This document shows, in pieces, positions 49,016 through 62,135 of a DNA stretch of 64,000 bases. Every line of letters begins with the position of its first letter. Position 1 is the stretch's first letter. Source of the stretch: Felis catus (Eukaryota); the NCBI RefSeq assembly GCF_018350175.1, contig NC_058383.1, positions 18,974,001 through 19,038,000 of the forward strand. Reading direction: 5' to 3'. The notes beneath the pieces are model-generated. The model was not told the DNA's origin and did not search any database. It worked only from the letters and a program-made list of their open reading frames with translations. A program made the position numbers and the translations under genes.

Positions 49016-52000
49016 GTAAACTGGTTTTTATTTTCTAATTTAACCGACATTAAGAAAACTACCGGGCTAATATTTAATTATTGCCTTCTTTGCTGTCGCA
49101 ACATGATTTCTCCACTGCCACTTCCCCGCCGCTCTGTCTCTCCCCACTTCTAAACGGAAAACTTTCTTAAAGAGTCAATGACAAAAAGGAGCCGTGGGGG
49201 AGGTAAAGGATGAGGCTGTGACAGTGCATTCCGAACAGGTGTTTCAGTGAGAAAGAAGCAGCTGATTTGGAGCAAAGAGGGGGGACTTAGAGGGGGGAAA
49301 AGAAACAAAAACCCAGCAATTAGGCTATTTCCTTATGTCTTTGAAACCAGCAAGCGCGCTAGGGAAAAATGGCTTTGGGCTTTGCTGCCGTGTGCTCTTT
49401 CCTCCCTGGTGTTAAGCAGTAAGAGGACCCAGGAGCGGCTCTGGAGTCGGCCGACCTGTGTGGGAACACGCCAACAGCTCGTGGCTGTTAGCTCTCCTCC
49501 CATAGCTGGCCCGCGGGAGGCCTGGCTGCAGCTGGCTGGGAAGACTTTGGGCTGCCCTTGGTAGGTGGCTTCACTCACCTGCTTGGGGTTTAGGGTCAGC
49601 AGTTTTTGGCTGTTTGGTTGATAACAATAACAGCTTCCGTGTGTAGGACACACGTCACGCGCCAGGCACTGTATTCTTTGCCTACGCTGTCTTTAACTCT
49701 CTCACCTGTCCTGGTCTCCTATTTTATGGAAGAGGAAATGGGTGTCCAGAGATGTCACTTTGTCCCAAGATGGTATAATAGGGAAGGATTAGAAAGTTGA
49801 ATGAACTAAAATCTGCAGTCCATTTTTTGCTAGCTAGTTGAAAACACCAAAAACTTCTTCTTGTGCCTACAGATGCACCCGTGCTTCCCCGTACCCCACC
49901 AGCCTCCCCCATCTTCTTCCCAGTGTTTTCCTTCCAGGAGTCCTGCCTGGCCCCGGCCCCCAGCCCCTCTGCTGTGTAATTGTCTCAGCCTGGCACAGAG
50001 CCGCTCAGGGTAGAGACCATCTCCTGGGCGAGCTTGTTATTCATGGCAGAGCCTCCACGAGAGGCTCTGTCTGGGGCTGCCCTTCTTGGTGGCCTGTGAC
50101 GGTTTGTTTCCATGACTGTATTATTAGCTTCTAAATAATCCGCTGGGCCCCAGGAGGTTGATGGGACTTGGCATGCCCCTAAGTTTGTAGATAGGTTAAG
50201 AACAGCTTACAAAGAACTTTAAAAAGATCACTTTTCAAAGCAAACATGCCTGTAAAATATGCTGTCAACATTAACAAAAATCATTTGACTGTACAAATGC
50301 TACAGATGTTTCCAGCATCCATTCTTGGGGAAAATTGTACCCTGGTGGTCTCTCCCTTAGGGCCACTCATCAAATTAGAATGTACTCAGCATGCTAAAGA
50401 CCTGGTCTTGATCTTATTCTCGATCTTTTAAGAAATTGAGCATGTACTCCTCCACCCCCCCAAATGGACCCCTACACAGAGCTTACGTTGAGTCTGTCTT
50501 GAGGAAAAAAATCTGAGCGACTCCTAAATCCTTTTTCTGAGACACACTGGTAACTTAGAGTTTCTCATCCGAGAAGGATAATCTGATTTATTTTTCCCTG
50601 AATGAAATATCATATACCTGTTCTCACTGAAGCCCGTTTACTGGCGGTTTCCCAGTGTGCCTGGCCTTTTCCAGATCGTTTATAAATCTCATCCCTAGCA
50701 CTGCTCCTTGGTGCATACTCCTCTCAGGCCGGAGAAACACTTACTGTTTTAAAACGATCTCTCTTGTCCGTGACGAAGCATTCCCCCATCCCTTGGTGGC
50801 TCCAAAGCCAAGTTTCCAATGCAAAGCCTATTAAAAAATGGAAACTCTGAATACATTTTGTTCCCTGGTTCCCATGGCCATCTAACCTCTCAAATAACCT
50901 CCATGCTGGATTAGCAGCCTTCCTGCCTCTTAACAGAAACTGTGGCATCTTCTCTGAGAGGGTGGCCCCTCCATTCATGTGCTTTACTTCTCACCAGCTT
51001 TTAATTCTCGAATCTCCCCTGGAGGCTGTGTGGATGGGAGACTGACTGTTTACACCTGCTGCCGATCTTCCTGCCTCTACTTCCTCATTAGGACGGAGAC
51101 AAGGCCTGAGGTCGCTGTGGCACCTCAGTGGCTGTGTGCGGGTCTTGCCCCTGGGAGGTCATCCTTCGCCCACATTGCCTATCTTTCTCAACCGTCTGTG
51201 GTTTGAAAGACCCCGTGCTTGGTTGTTGTGTCTCTTCTATTCTTTGTTCTGCTTGGCTTCATTTATGACCTACTTGTTCTCTCAGAGTAGAATTCCTCAA
51301 ATGGGGATTTTCACATCTCTACCTCCGCAGCCCCCCCAACAAAAGAAGACTGAGTTATATTTAACATGAAGATGTTTTTCCCCCCGGGCATTGATTTGCC
51401 AGGGAGCTGTCCTTTGGATGTGGTAAAAAGCGCATGCACCTAGATGGCTTCAGGGCGACTTGCTTGATGGAAGATCCCGCTTCAGTGTGGCTGCGATGTT
51501 TCCTGTCCCGCAAACCTCCATGTGGCAGTGATGTCCTTCTGAGGGTTCCCCTTTGCGGCTGTTCTTTGCTATTAGGCGGACATCTAAGCCTTAGCCAAAT
51601 AGGAGGAGAAGGGGGTGGTTCTGAACGGCTTTCTCAGTGGGAACTCAGGTGATTGCTTGCAGCATTTGGTGCTGCTGGCGGTGTGAAGGTTCTAGGCTCG
51701 GGGGTGGGCGCAGAGATTTTAATTTGGGGTGCCCCCTGCCTGTGTGCTTATCTGTCTTGCAGCCAGTAGGCAAGCAGCAGTCGCAGTTTGCATTGACACG
51801 CGCTGTAGATGGTACGTGTGTCTTCAGTTGAATTATACGGAATTGCAGTTTTGTTCTGTCAGAAGTGGACACATATCAGCAGTTTCTTATGGTTCAAACT
51901 GATAGTTTAAAATCACAGGGTCCTAAGCTGGTTTTCATTCCAAGTACTGCTCTTTGACAAATTCGGGCAGGTTTAGAAGGGAACGAGCAGGATGGCAGGG

Positions 52001-55000
52001 ATTCTCAGCCAGAGGGTGACACGGGAAATGAAGGGATGCAGGGGTGTATTTGAGCCGAGAGGAGAGTCTCTCTCTTTGCCTCTCCCCAAGGCTGCCATTC
52101 GTAGGCAGGCCCAGGCTCGTTTTGTGTTCTTCCCTCGGGGTGGGACCAGGGATGCCAATAAGGAATTGTGGGGGGAGGGACACTTTTTCTCTGTCGTTTC
52201 TGGCCAAGCTGTTTAAACACGGAGGACTCCCCGAAGAGGCTTGTGGAGAGAGGCTGGGAGGAGGCCCCGCACCGGCTGTAGCCGGTGGACTCAGGAGCAG
52301 GCGGGGAGGCCTGCTCACAATGACTCCAGGACTGTTAGGACCCAGACGCCAATGGAAACCCGATTTAGGGTGGTATCTTGGTTTGGTTTTTGTTTCCCTT
52401 CATGTTTTAAACTGTTCAAGAACCTCGTTCTTGGGTAAACCTAAGGGCACAAGAAGTTGGGAAGCAGTCGGCAGGGTGGAGAGCCTCGTGGGCGAGGGCG
52501 AGGCGATGAAGGTGCGCGGGGAGTCAGAATCTGTCCTCGCTGCCCCGGGGAGAGAAAGGCTGGTCTCTTTTCGGCCGACACTAGCAGCACCACACCCAGT
52601 TCCAGGGAAGATTTTTCTTAAGGCTTTGTTTCCCACAGCCCTAAAGCTTGGTGTGCAAAGGAAAACAGGTTTTAGTTTACCCTGGGAGTCAGTTATATAG
52701 CTGTAAGCCTGAAAATCCTTGACATTCAGAAAGTGCGTGATTGTGGTGCTTTTGTTAGCTGGGAGAGGAGGAGAGGCAGTGTTGTCTCTCGCATGATCAA
52801 AAATACCTCTTGGTTCTCTCTGTTTTGTGGGCTCATCTGGCTGGCGTGGGGTGGTCGTCCTCTTGCTCTGACTAGAGGAGCTGGCTCACTCTAGGTCACT
52901 TAGGCGCCCACCCCAGTGACCTTGGCAGGGTGCCTGCAGGCCGCGAATCCCACCGCTTGGTGTTTTCCTCACTGAGGCGCTCCTCTCTGCGGGGCTGGGG
53001 GTGGAGGACCAGGTGAAGAAGGCAGGGGTGGGCCAAAGCTGGCCTTTGTCACCGGCTCTGTCCCTGTAAAGACCTTCCTTGATTTGCCCCTTCCTTTTGT
53101 CCTCCTGCTCCTGGGGATGTGACCCACACCTTTTTCCAAACCCATGTCTACCCTTGGGGGCTGTCACAGGTCTGTTTCTAGCCCCATCACGTGGAAGCCA
53201 GCGTAGGATCTGAGGCATCAAACTTGCCGCTTCATCCGGCAATTTCTTAGGTGTGCAGCCTTTGCTGTTTGTCTCGCCACAGGTGTTGTTTATCCATAAT
53301 CACATTTAAATAATCAGGGGAACATTCCCAAGGGCAGTATGAGGACCTCAAGCTCCCCAAGCCTCCCTGTACTGCTCTAGTTTGCTCTGTATTCAGCCGT
53401 ATCTAATTCATTCGTTCGTTGTGGTCACTTCTTCCGTACCAGGCGCTCTGCAGAGTGTTGGCCACAGCCCCTCCCCGTGAAGGAGTTCATGGTCAGTGAG
53501 GAGACTTGTAGCTCATTAGTTTATCTGCATGTGTACTTGAGGTGCCCTGGAGGGGGATGCAGGAAAAGAGGGAAGCACATTCCTTCTGTCGGGCAATGTG
53601 GAGAGAAGGTCTCCCAGAAGACGTGGTGGTTATATGAATCTGGAGAAGAGCATACAGGGCGTGAGTGGTCAGGGATGCAGTGGACAGTCCGGGCAGGGAC
53701 CTGAGGCACTGGGGGTTAACAGTGGGTCCGGTGAGGTATTGGAATGGGGGGGGGGGCAGTGAGGTCACGAGAGCCCTGGTGTTGATGGAGGCGGGGGGAG
53801 GGGGGAGTGGTCCGGGTTCTCCTGCCTTAACTGGAAGAGCCCCAGGGGGTTTGACACTCGCTGCATCTGTAGGTCTGGGTTCTAGGAAGATGCTTGTGGG
53901 ACACCACGGGAGCAGGGTTGCCCTTAGCCAGTTCCTCTCTTCTAACGGAGTAAACCCCTGAAATTTCAGCCGCAGGAAGGGGCTGATATCTAGGGAGGGG
54001 TAGGATTTGTAGGTGCCCTGTGGGCAGGGAGGGGGCTCTTGCTGTTACTGCCCCTCCCTCCCTCCTTCCAACTGGATGGAGGAGGAGAACTCTGTCCAAC
54101 TCAGAGCGCCCTCTCCTGGCTTGGCTCTTCTCACTGTCTTTTGTGGACCTTTGTGGGGAGAGGGGTCCGCAAGGCAAAGAGATGGGCTGAATTGAAGATG
54201 TTTTTGTCCTTCATCTTCGCACCTAAATCACTCGGCTTGAAGAAATCGTATGGAAAAGTAAGAAAGTCTCAGGCCGTAGAAAATCACAAGTTTTTTGTTA
54301 CACCTATTTCTTAAAACATTGAAGGATGCTTCATAGTTCATTCTAACTTTGCCTTTACACTAGTGAATTTAATGGGAGCATTATTTTCCTCTTTAAGAAA
54401 CCAGACTCGGAAGGGTTTGCTGAGGCCCGGAGCCAGCGGGTAGCAGGGCACCCGTCTTGTGAATCCAGGCCCCGTGCCTTTATTCTAGACCATGCTACCC
54501 GCAGACCTTCTGGGGTGGAGTGCCAGCTACCCCCGGTTCTTTGAACAGGGGTGAATCCTGTCAGCCCAGGGAGATTCCATTCTGTGTGACAGGCCACGTG
54601 CAGAAGGCAGGCAGGTTTGCAGCTGTAGAGGCTTAGCCTGGTTCTGCCCCAGAAATAGGACCCGCATTGGGCGGGTGGCTGGGCCTCCCTGTGTGGGTTT
54701 CCTTGGGTGTAAAATTGGTGGTGTCACTACCTCAGGGTCACAAGAGGAATGACGTCAGGTGCTCCTCGATGTTGGCACACCAGGCCGTGTGTCCCTCTTG
54801 TCTGCGCTCGCTGTCCCTCTCTCTGGCCCCGGGGTGCGTGTGGGTACAGGTTGACGTGGAGGACTGGGCCCATTTTCCCAGCTCGTGTCTGGGAAGCAGC
54901 CTGTGAGTTGCTGTGTTTCAACAACTGGTTTTGCTAAATGTAGCTTGCCTGTAGGAGCTGTTGTCCGTAGTGGTAACTAAACGCGTCCTTCCCGTGGAAA

Positions 55001-55024
55001 ACCGCCTGCGGTGTTACGTTCCAG

Positions 55025-55184
55025 GCCACAGGTTGAACATCACAGCGGAGAATGACTGCCGGCGACTGCACTGTTCCCTGAGAGACCTGAGTTCCCTCCT
55101 GCAGGCCGTGGGCCGGCTGGCCGAGTACTTCATCGGAGACGTGTTTGCGGCGCGGTTCAGCGACGCCCTCACCGTCGTGGAGAG
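55025..55184 (+). CDS. XPO6: XPO6 exon 13 (GHRLNITAEND...ALTVVE)
   Basis: ttccag|GC; GAGAG|gtaggc; 160 nt; CpG-rich. Confidence 0.95.
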
Positions 55185-58141
55185 GTAGGCCAGAGTGACG
55201 TCACGGCGCCGCTCCTTCTTGCGTGAGGGCGGCGTGCTGCCGGCTGTAAGGCGGACGCGGAGCGGCCACCGGACCCCTCTGGACTTCAGGTCCCTCGCTG
55301 TGACATGGAGGGGACCTGGTGCCTTGTAGCTTCTTGTGAGAGTTCACGAGATATGGCACTTAGCTCAGCGGCCGGGGGTTAGCAGCCTGTACACGTAGGC
55401 CGTTCACTTCATTGCAGATTGGGTCTGTGGATGAGAAGGCAGGGTTAGTCCCGGAAGAAGCCACGTGGGGTCAGTCTTCTGTCTCTGCCCACAGGTAAAG
55501 AGACACCGGGAAAGCCCTGGGAGTGGAAGGACAAACAGGTAGTCCGTCGGCATCTGACAGCCGGGTGCTAGAGGTGGGACTTTTTCCAGCCCTGGGAGGG
55601 TCCTGAGGAGTTGAAGCTTGACCGGAGAGGTGGCTCCCAACCTCTCCACCACCAGGCTTCTGTCATTACCCCTCCCCTCGGGTCCCTCCTCGGGTTTATG
55701 GCTACGTGTGTTGAGGACCGCTCCTGACTGCCCCATTCTCCCTGCGCCCCTCCCACGAACTCAGGCACTTAACCAGTCAGATGCTTCAATGTGTTCGGAG
55801 GTTCAGACTGTTTCAGGGTAACCGGTGGATTGATTAGATCAAAATTGGGCAGATGTGGGTCCAGCCCACAGTTGAGCCACCGGACTCTTTCACGGGCCCA
55901 CTCGCCGTATCATTGATAACACGCCAAGCGAAACCAAGCCCTAAGCCTGGTGACTTGCGCACCAGAGTCGTCTTTAACTGTTACTCTTAGCTTAAAAGCA
56001 GAGAAAACAAAGAGTTTTGAATAAATCTTTAAAAGCCAGATTAATATCAATAAATAGTAAAAGTAGCACGTGGTAGGAAACTTTCAAAGTGGTTTTGCAC
56101 GTATCATTTCATTCTTTACTTTGGGGGATGGGGATGTCACGTTCCCTGTGAGCCAACCGTGGCCCAGAGATGGTGAGTGCCTCTCTTCAGGCCACACTTC
56201 ACAAGAGGGAGCACATGGGTTTTTGACCATCTTCCTGAGTCCAGATGCTGTGCTCTTGCCACGCCACAGAGCTGTCACCTCCAGCATCCTCCTTCCTCGC
56301 CGTCGTGGGTGAGGCCTGTTCCCACTCCACTGACGGTTAGCGGAATGGGATGCGTTCTTCCTCCTTGAAGTCTGTATCTTTTCAGAGTTCAGAGTTCCTG
56401 TGTCATTAGCTCATAGGTCCTTATATATACATCTTTCTACACTGCTTTTAGGTTTGAGGCTCAGTACTTACAGGTACTTTGCAGTCTTGTCTTCATTCAG
56501 AATAAAGTGTGAGAGAAGGCTCCTTGTTACGACTATTTGATCTTCATAGCCGGTGTGATTAGCCAGCTTTTCACTCAGGTTCCACACAATAAACTTCCTA
56601 GCTAAACTGCTGCACGTAGAAATCGTAAAAGACACATTTAGAAGCCCATTTTCTGTGTAGGTAGCACTAAAGGATGCTGGGGAACGCGAAAGCAGAATGT
56701 AAAGTCAAACACAGGGTGACTCCACTTAACGTGAGGCTCATGGAATAGTCCGGGCCAGAGGGAAAGGGGAATGGTGGTGGCCAGGGCTGCGGCGGGGGAT
56801 GGGGTTGTTCTTTCGTGGGTCCAGACTTAGAGTTTTATAGGATGAAAAGGTAAAGGAGACAGGAGCGGGTGGCTGCACGCTCAGAGTGTGTATTCAGTGC
56901 CACTAAATAAATGTATACCTACTATGTGAATGTGGAGAATGGAGAACAGTTTAAAGAGTTAAACACCGGGTGCATGTTGGTACGTCGCTTACGTTATCAC
57001 CCCGGCCCCTTTCCAGAGCTTCCAGTCGAGAACCCTTGGCACTTTCACCCTCACTTTCTGACTGCTTCCTGACCCTCAGTACTTTGGGACTCAAGCTTGT
57101 GGTTTTCTAGTGAAGTCCCGCTTTCTGGTCCCTTCAGAGAGCAGCACTTTCCAGAGTGTGGTCCACGCGCACGGAGCCCCAGGATGTTTCCAGAGATGCA
57201 GATTTCCAGGCTCCTCCTCGCAGCTGCAGGGTCGGTCTGTGGGGTTGGACCAGGGAGCCTGCACTGTGACAGGTTCCCCAGTTGAGTCTTCCGCTCGGTG
57301 AAGTTTGAGAAGCTCTGTGCTGTGGCACCGAGGGAGAGAAACACCCATTGTCTTCCCTGGCGCCCGCCTCAGACCTGCTCCCAGGCTTCCTTAAAGAGCA
57401 GGCACGGGGAGAACTTCGCCGCGTCTCCGGCTTCTTCCCTTTGCTCAGAAAGGAGCATCCATCTCTAACGAAAGAGGCATTTTCTGTTTCTCTGTGCAGC
57501 CGGCTCTCAGTTACTGGATTGAAGGCTTGTCTGCGTGCAGTGAGCCCTTGCGCCACCAGTGGGCGCAGCAGCTTGCTTCTGGAAGGATTGTGCTTCATGT
57601 CAAAAACCCTTCAATTTGTTCTAAAACCTTTTTTGCTTTGTGCCCTGCCCTCTCCCCCAAACATTTTCTCATGAACATCTTCGAATCTTCAGGAAAGTTG
57701 AAAAATTATACAGGGACCACCCATATACCTGTCACCTAGATTCTACAGTGAACATTTTGCTGTATTTTCTTTGTCATATATCTGTCTACCTGAAACATTT
57801 ACTTCTTGTCCAGTGTTTTTTCATTGTGGTAAAATACACACCATGAAATATTTACTTCTTAGTCACTTTTATTGTATATATTCTATCATCTTATATTTCC
57901 CTGTTAGATATTTATTTTGCGTACAAAATTTTTTGATTCTGTAAGTCAGCTTTAGTTAGTGTCTTTATATAAATCTTCGTGCACATCTCAGGTATCTTTG
58001 GGATAAAATTGAAGGTCTGGTCTTGATTCTTCTTTGGATGGAAAAAAGTCTGTCTTTGGGACCTTTGTTGGTACCTTGTCCATTTTGTCTATGTTAGCCC
58101 ATAAGCTGAATGTTTTCTCTTACCTGCTTCTTTGCCAACAG

Positions 58142-58234
58142 GTTGGTCAAAGTCACTCTATATGGATCTCAGATAAAATTGTACAACATTGAAACTGCTG
58201 TGCCGTCAGTACTGAAACCTGACCTCATTGATGT
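58142..58234 (+). CDS. XPO6: XPO6 exon 14 (RLVKVTLYGSQIKLYNIETAVPSVLKPDLID)
   Basis: caacag|GTTG; GATGT|gtaagt; 93 nt. Confidence 0.95.
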
Positions 58235-58889
58235 GTAAGTACAGAGTTAGCTGTTTGTGTGTTCTCAGGAGGGACCTTGTCCTCCGGCCCCCAGGAATTT
58301 TCTGGATAGAAAGGAACAGTTGTGCCTGCCATGAAGAGGAGAGAAACTCCCTCCTCCAAGCCTAGGCAGAGAGAAAGATTGATTGGGGGCAGGGGTGGTT
58401 GGAGTAAGTGGAATTCATCAGGCAGATGAGAGCTGGGAGCAGAGGGTATGTGGGGTAGGCATTTCAGGAAGAAAGAACAGCATGAGCCAAGACAAAGATG
58501 TGTTGCAGAGCCCCATGATTAGGGGGTGGTGTGTGGTTTGTGTGGTGGGAGATGAGGCCGGATAGGCACGGTAGGACTATGGTGGAAACAGCTCGAGTGC
58601 CGTGAATCTTCTCCTGTGGGCCAGTGACTGCAACTGTAGGGCCCAGAGAATTACTTGGGGAACACATTCCATCAGAGATTCTGACTAGAGCAGGATGCGT
58701 AAGGCTCGGGTGTTTGCGGATTACGCAAGACCTCAGGCGATTCTGAAGAACATTCAGGGACCACACTTTGAGAAGCTTTCAGGATGGTGGGGAGCTATAG
58801 TGACTATGGAAGGGACAGCAGAATGGAGACTGGAGGCGGGGCCACATCCCAGGGATCACACTGCCTGGAAGGCTTGCTCTGGACCGGAG

Positions 58890-59094
58890 CGGGCATTGGC
58901 AAACTATGGCCTGTACCGAATCCAGCCCAGCTTTTGTAAATTAGGATTGGAGCACGGCCGGACCCGTCCATTTACGTATCATCTATGCTACTTTTGTGCC
59001 ACAGCGGCAGAGTGGCTGTGACAGAGTGTGTGTGGCCTGCAAAGCCTAAAATATTTTCACTCTGGTATTTGCAGAAAAAGTCTGCTGACCCCTG
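58890..59094 (+). mobile_element. MER58A-like hAT fossil
   Basis: ggcaaactatggcc...gaaaaagtctgctgacccctg; degenerate 8-bp TSD gaccggag/ttccggag. Confidence 0.85.
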
Positions 59095-59179
59095 TTCCGG
59101 AGCAGTTCTTAAGCTGCAAATTAGGTAAATGATAGAAAGAGAGTCTTATGTGTTACTTTAGTGGTTTAGGTTTTTTTTT

Positions 59180-59183
<4 letters not shown>

Positions 59184-59218
<35 letters not shown>

Positions 59219-59275
59219 CATGTGTGTGTGTATATATATACACACACACATGTATACATATATATATATATATAC
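59184..59275. repeat. Compound (GT)n(TA)n(CA)n microsatellite with a 46-bp perfect palindrome
   Basis: Read directly; 59213-59258 is self-complementary. Confidence 0.95.
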
Positions 59276-60050
59276 TTTTCCTTTTCGAGATTAGAGAAAG
59301 CTGTGAAGCTTCTGCCGAGAAAAATGCTAATTTGCTCATAAACACAACATCTTGCACACAATTTCAGGAAGTTTTGGAGCCCCTCCCTTTAAGCCTTATG
59401 GAGCTCTGTAAATTTGATAGATTGACTAAAAGTCCTAGACTCCAAAGGCCGACTTTCAGAGCTAAAAGTTAAAACAGTCAGTGCATTCTAAATGTAAAAT
59501 ACAAAATAACGGCTTGAAAAAGTTCACACCTGTAGAAAAGGGGAAAAACAGAATGAACACCCTATACTCTCAAGCTAGATTCATCAGTTATAGATATTTT
59601 GCCACATTTGCTTTTGTTTCCCACGCTTCCGTTTTGTTTATACAGGTGAACACACACACACACTATTTTTTTGTAAGTAAACTGAAAATAAATTGCAAAC
59701 ATGTCACTTCACCTATAAACTCTTGAGCACATATCTCTGGGAACAAGGTCCTCCTCCTACATAACCATAATACCATTATCAATACTCTGAGACTTTCATG
59801 GATGCCGTAATATCTGGGGTTTTTAAGAGTGTATATGTATATATTTTTCCATACTCTAATTTCTCCAGTTGCCTCAGAAGTGTCCTTCTTTCTTTGGATC
59901 CAGTGTCTAACTAATCATGAATCCCATACTACATTTCTCTCCCGTAATCTAGATCAGCTCCCCAGATTGTACATGTTGGTGGGAGGGAGGGAAAGGAGGA
60001 GAGTCAGATGAGGGAAAGAGAAATGGAGTTTTGGGGAGATTTAGGTCTTA

Positions 60051-60263
60051 ATTTTTTTGTTTTTAAATGTTCACTTAATTTTGAGAGAGAGAGTGCAAGT
60101 GGGAGAGGAGCAGAGAGAGAGGGAGAGAGAGAGAATCCCAAGCAGGCTCTTTGCGCTGTCAGCACGGAGCCTGATGCGGGCCGTGAACTCACAAACCGTG
60201 AGGTCATGACTGGAGCCCACATCAAGAGTCAGACACTGAACCGACTGAGCCACCCAGGCGCCC
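60051..60263 (-). mobile_element. CAN-SINE
   Basis: TSD TCTTAATTTTTTT. Confidence 0.9.
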
Positions 60264-60797
60264 TCTTAATTTTTTTTCCTAAGGAAAATCTTAAAAATCG
60301 AAATTTGTCTGGTTGTTGATCTGTATGAGATCGATGGTCAACATTTTTAGCGAGAACACTAGATAGGTGGCGGTGTGCCCTTCTTGTGTCCTGTCTGAGG
60401 CGCTTGAGGTCAACTTGCCCGCCCGGTTGGTGGCGACCAGTTTGATTTCCACGTGGTGTCTGCCTGAATCCTAGCTCTGTCCCCTAAAAGGTCCTAGGAG
60501 CGGTGAGACCCCTAAGTCCCCAGGCTCTTGTTTCCTAAAATTCGTTGTCCACTAAAAGGAGCCGTAGCTTCATAGAGAACTGACTGCTTTCTGTGTCACA
60601 GGCAGTGGTGGCAACATTTAGATGATGAGTTTTGATTTTTAGGTCCTACCTGAGCGAGTACGTGATTTCTGTGCCGTCTCGCGTGTCTTAGAACGGAAAT
60701 GGCAATGAGTGGAATCCTTACTTGCTGTGGACACAAGTTTGATGCTCATATGTCTTGACCTTAACCTTTGAAATCGCATCTTCTCTCCCCTTTGCAG

Positions 60798-60942
60798 GCA
60801 CGCCCAGTCCCTGGCTGCTCTCCAGGCGTACTCTCACTGGCTAGCGCAGTACTGCAGCGAAGCTCATCGGCAGAACACACAGCAGTTTGTTACGCTCGTC
60901 TCCACCACCATGGATGCCGTCACACCTCTGATCAGCACCAAG
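60798..60942 (+). CDS. XPO6: XPO6 exon 15 (VHAQSLAALQAYSHWLAQ...PLISTK)
   Basis: ttgcag|GCAC; AAG|gtccta (weak donor); 145 nt. Confidence 0.92.
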
Positions 60943-60969
60943 GTCCTAAGGCAGCAAGGGCTACACTTT

Positions 60970-61144
60970 TTAAGTTTGTTTATTGTGGGGGGGTGGGGTG
61001 GGGGCCGAGGGAGAACATCGAGCAGGCTCCGCACCGTTACCGCAGAGCCTGACGCGGGTCTTGGCCCCACGAACCTCCAGGTCGTGACCTGAGCCGAAAT
61101 CGAGTTGGACACTTACTTAACCAGCTGAGTCACCCAGGCGCCCC
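60970..61144 (-). mobile_element. CAN-SINE just downstream of exon 15
   Basis: TSD AAGGGCTACACTTT (60956-60969 / 61145-61158). Confidence 0.9.
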
Positions 61145-61623
61145 AAGGGCTACACTTTGTATCTAAGTCCTTGTCCTTTTGTCCACATACCCACTTATTA
61201 TAAAATCAAAATATCGCATGGTGTTAGACCCATAATTCTCAGCACTACCATAGAACCATGTGTCGTCTCATGTTCCTTTTGAGCTGTGGTCCATATAAAC
61301 TCAAAGGTAGCTTAAGTTTTTAACCTCAGTCCCACATGAATGCATGCTCATTGTGAAGAAGTTAAACACTGTTTAAATTATAGACCGGAAATTTATGGTA
61401 CTCTTTAATCCCCCATTCTAAAACACTGCTGTTTGGTAGTGGGAATGTTTTATAATTCTCCTGTTGATGGAAATTAGTTCTTGGTATGTACATCCTTGTA
61501 GGATGGGTTCCGGAAAGTGGATTTACCAGGTCAAAGGTGCATCCAAGTAAATTTGACAGCTTCTACTCAGCTGTCCTTTGAGAAAACCATCAGTTTATAT
61601 TATGGAGCATATAGGTGTTCGTC

Positions 61624-61926
61624 TTTTTTTTTTTTTTTTTTTTTTAAAGTTTATTTGCTTTGAGAGTGCAAGTGTGGGAGGGTCAGAAGGAGGAGAATCC
61701 CAAGCAGTCGCCGAGCTGTCAGCGCAGAGCCCGACTTGGAGCTCTGTCACGTGAACCACGAGATCATGACGTGAGCTGAGATCAAGAGTTGGGCAAGCAA
61801 CCAACTGGGCCCTGTCTTTTGTAGTCTTAACCTACGTAGCATTCTGTCCTCCTCTTAACAGTGTATTGATTTCCGTAAGGTTTTGTTTAGCTTGTTAAAA
61901 AATTTTTTTTGATGTTTATTTTTGAG

Positions 61927-61965
<39 letters not shown>

Positions 61966-62135
61966 GTGTGTGTGAGCGAGGGAGGGGCAGAGAGAGGGAG
62001 ACACAGAATCTGCAGCAGGCTCCAGGCTCTGAGCTGTTGGCACAGAGCCCGACGTGGGGCTCGAACCCATGAACTATGAGCTCATGACCTGAGCGGAAGT
62101 CAGATGCTTAATCAGTTGAGCCACCCAGGTGCCCC
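61624..62135 (-). mobile_element. Two CAN-SINEs (about 61624-61812 and 61902-62135)
   Basis: poly-T tails, (GA)n, tRNA-derived heads. Confidence 0.9.

Noticed and set aside
52044..52700. Longest ORF in the track (218 aa), plus 46263..46814 and 44179..44661
   Set aside because: No recognisable domain and no exon context; expected by chance in GC-rich or repeat-derived intron.
57552..57567. CTCF-like motifs (also near 37700, 38674, 63222)
   Set aside because: Each has core mismatches, and this many partial hits are expected in 64 kb.
60759..60765. U12-type branch motif CCTTAAC before exon 15, and GTATCTT at the start of exon 6
   Set aside because: The matching donors are U2-type (gtaagt, gtgagc); no GTATCCTT or ATATCCTT donor was seen.
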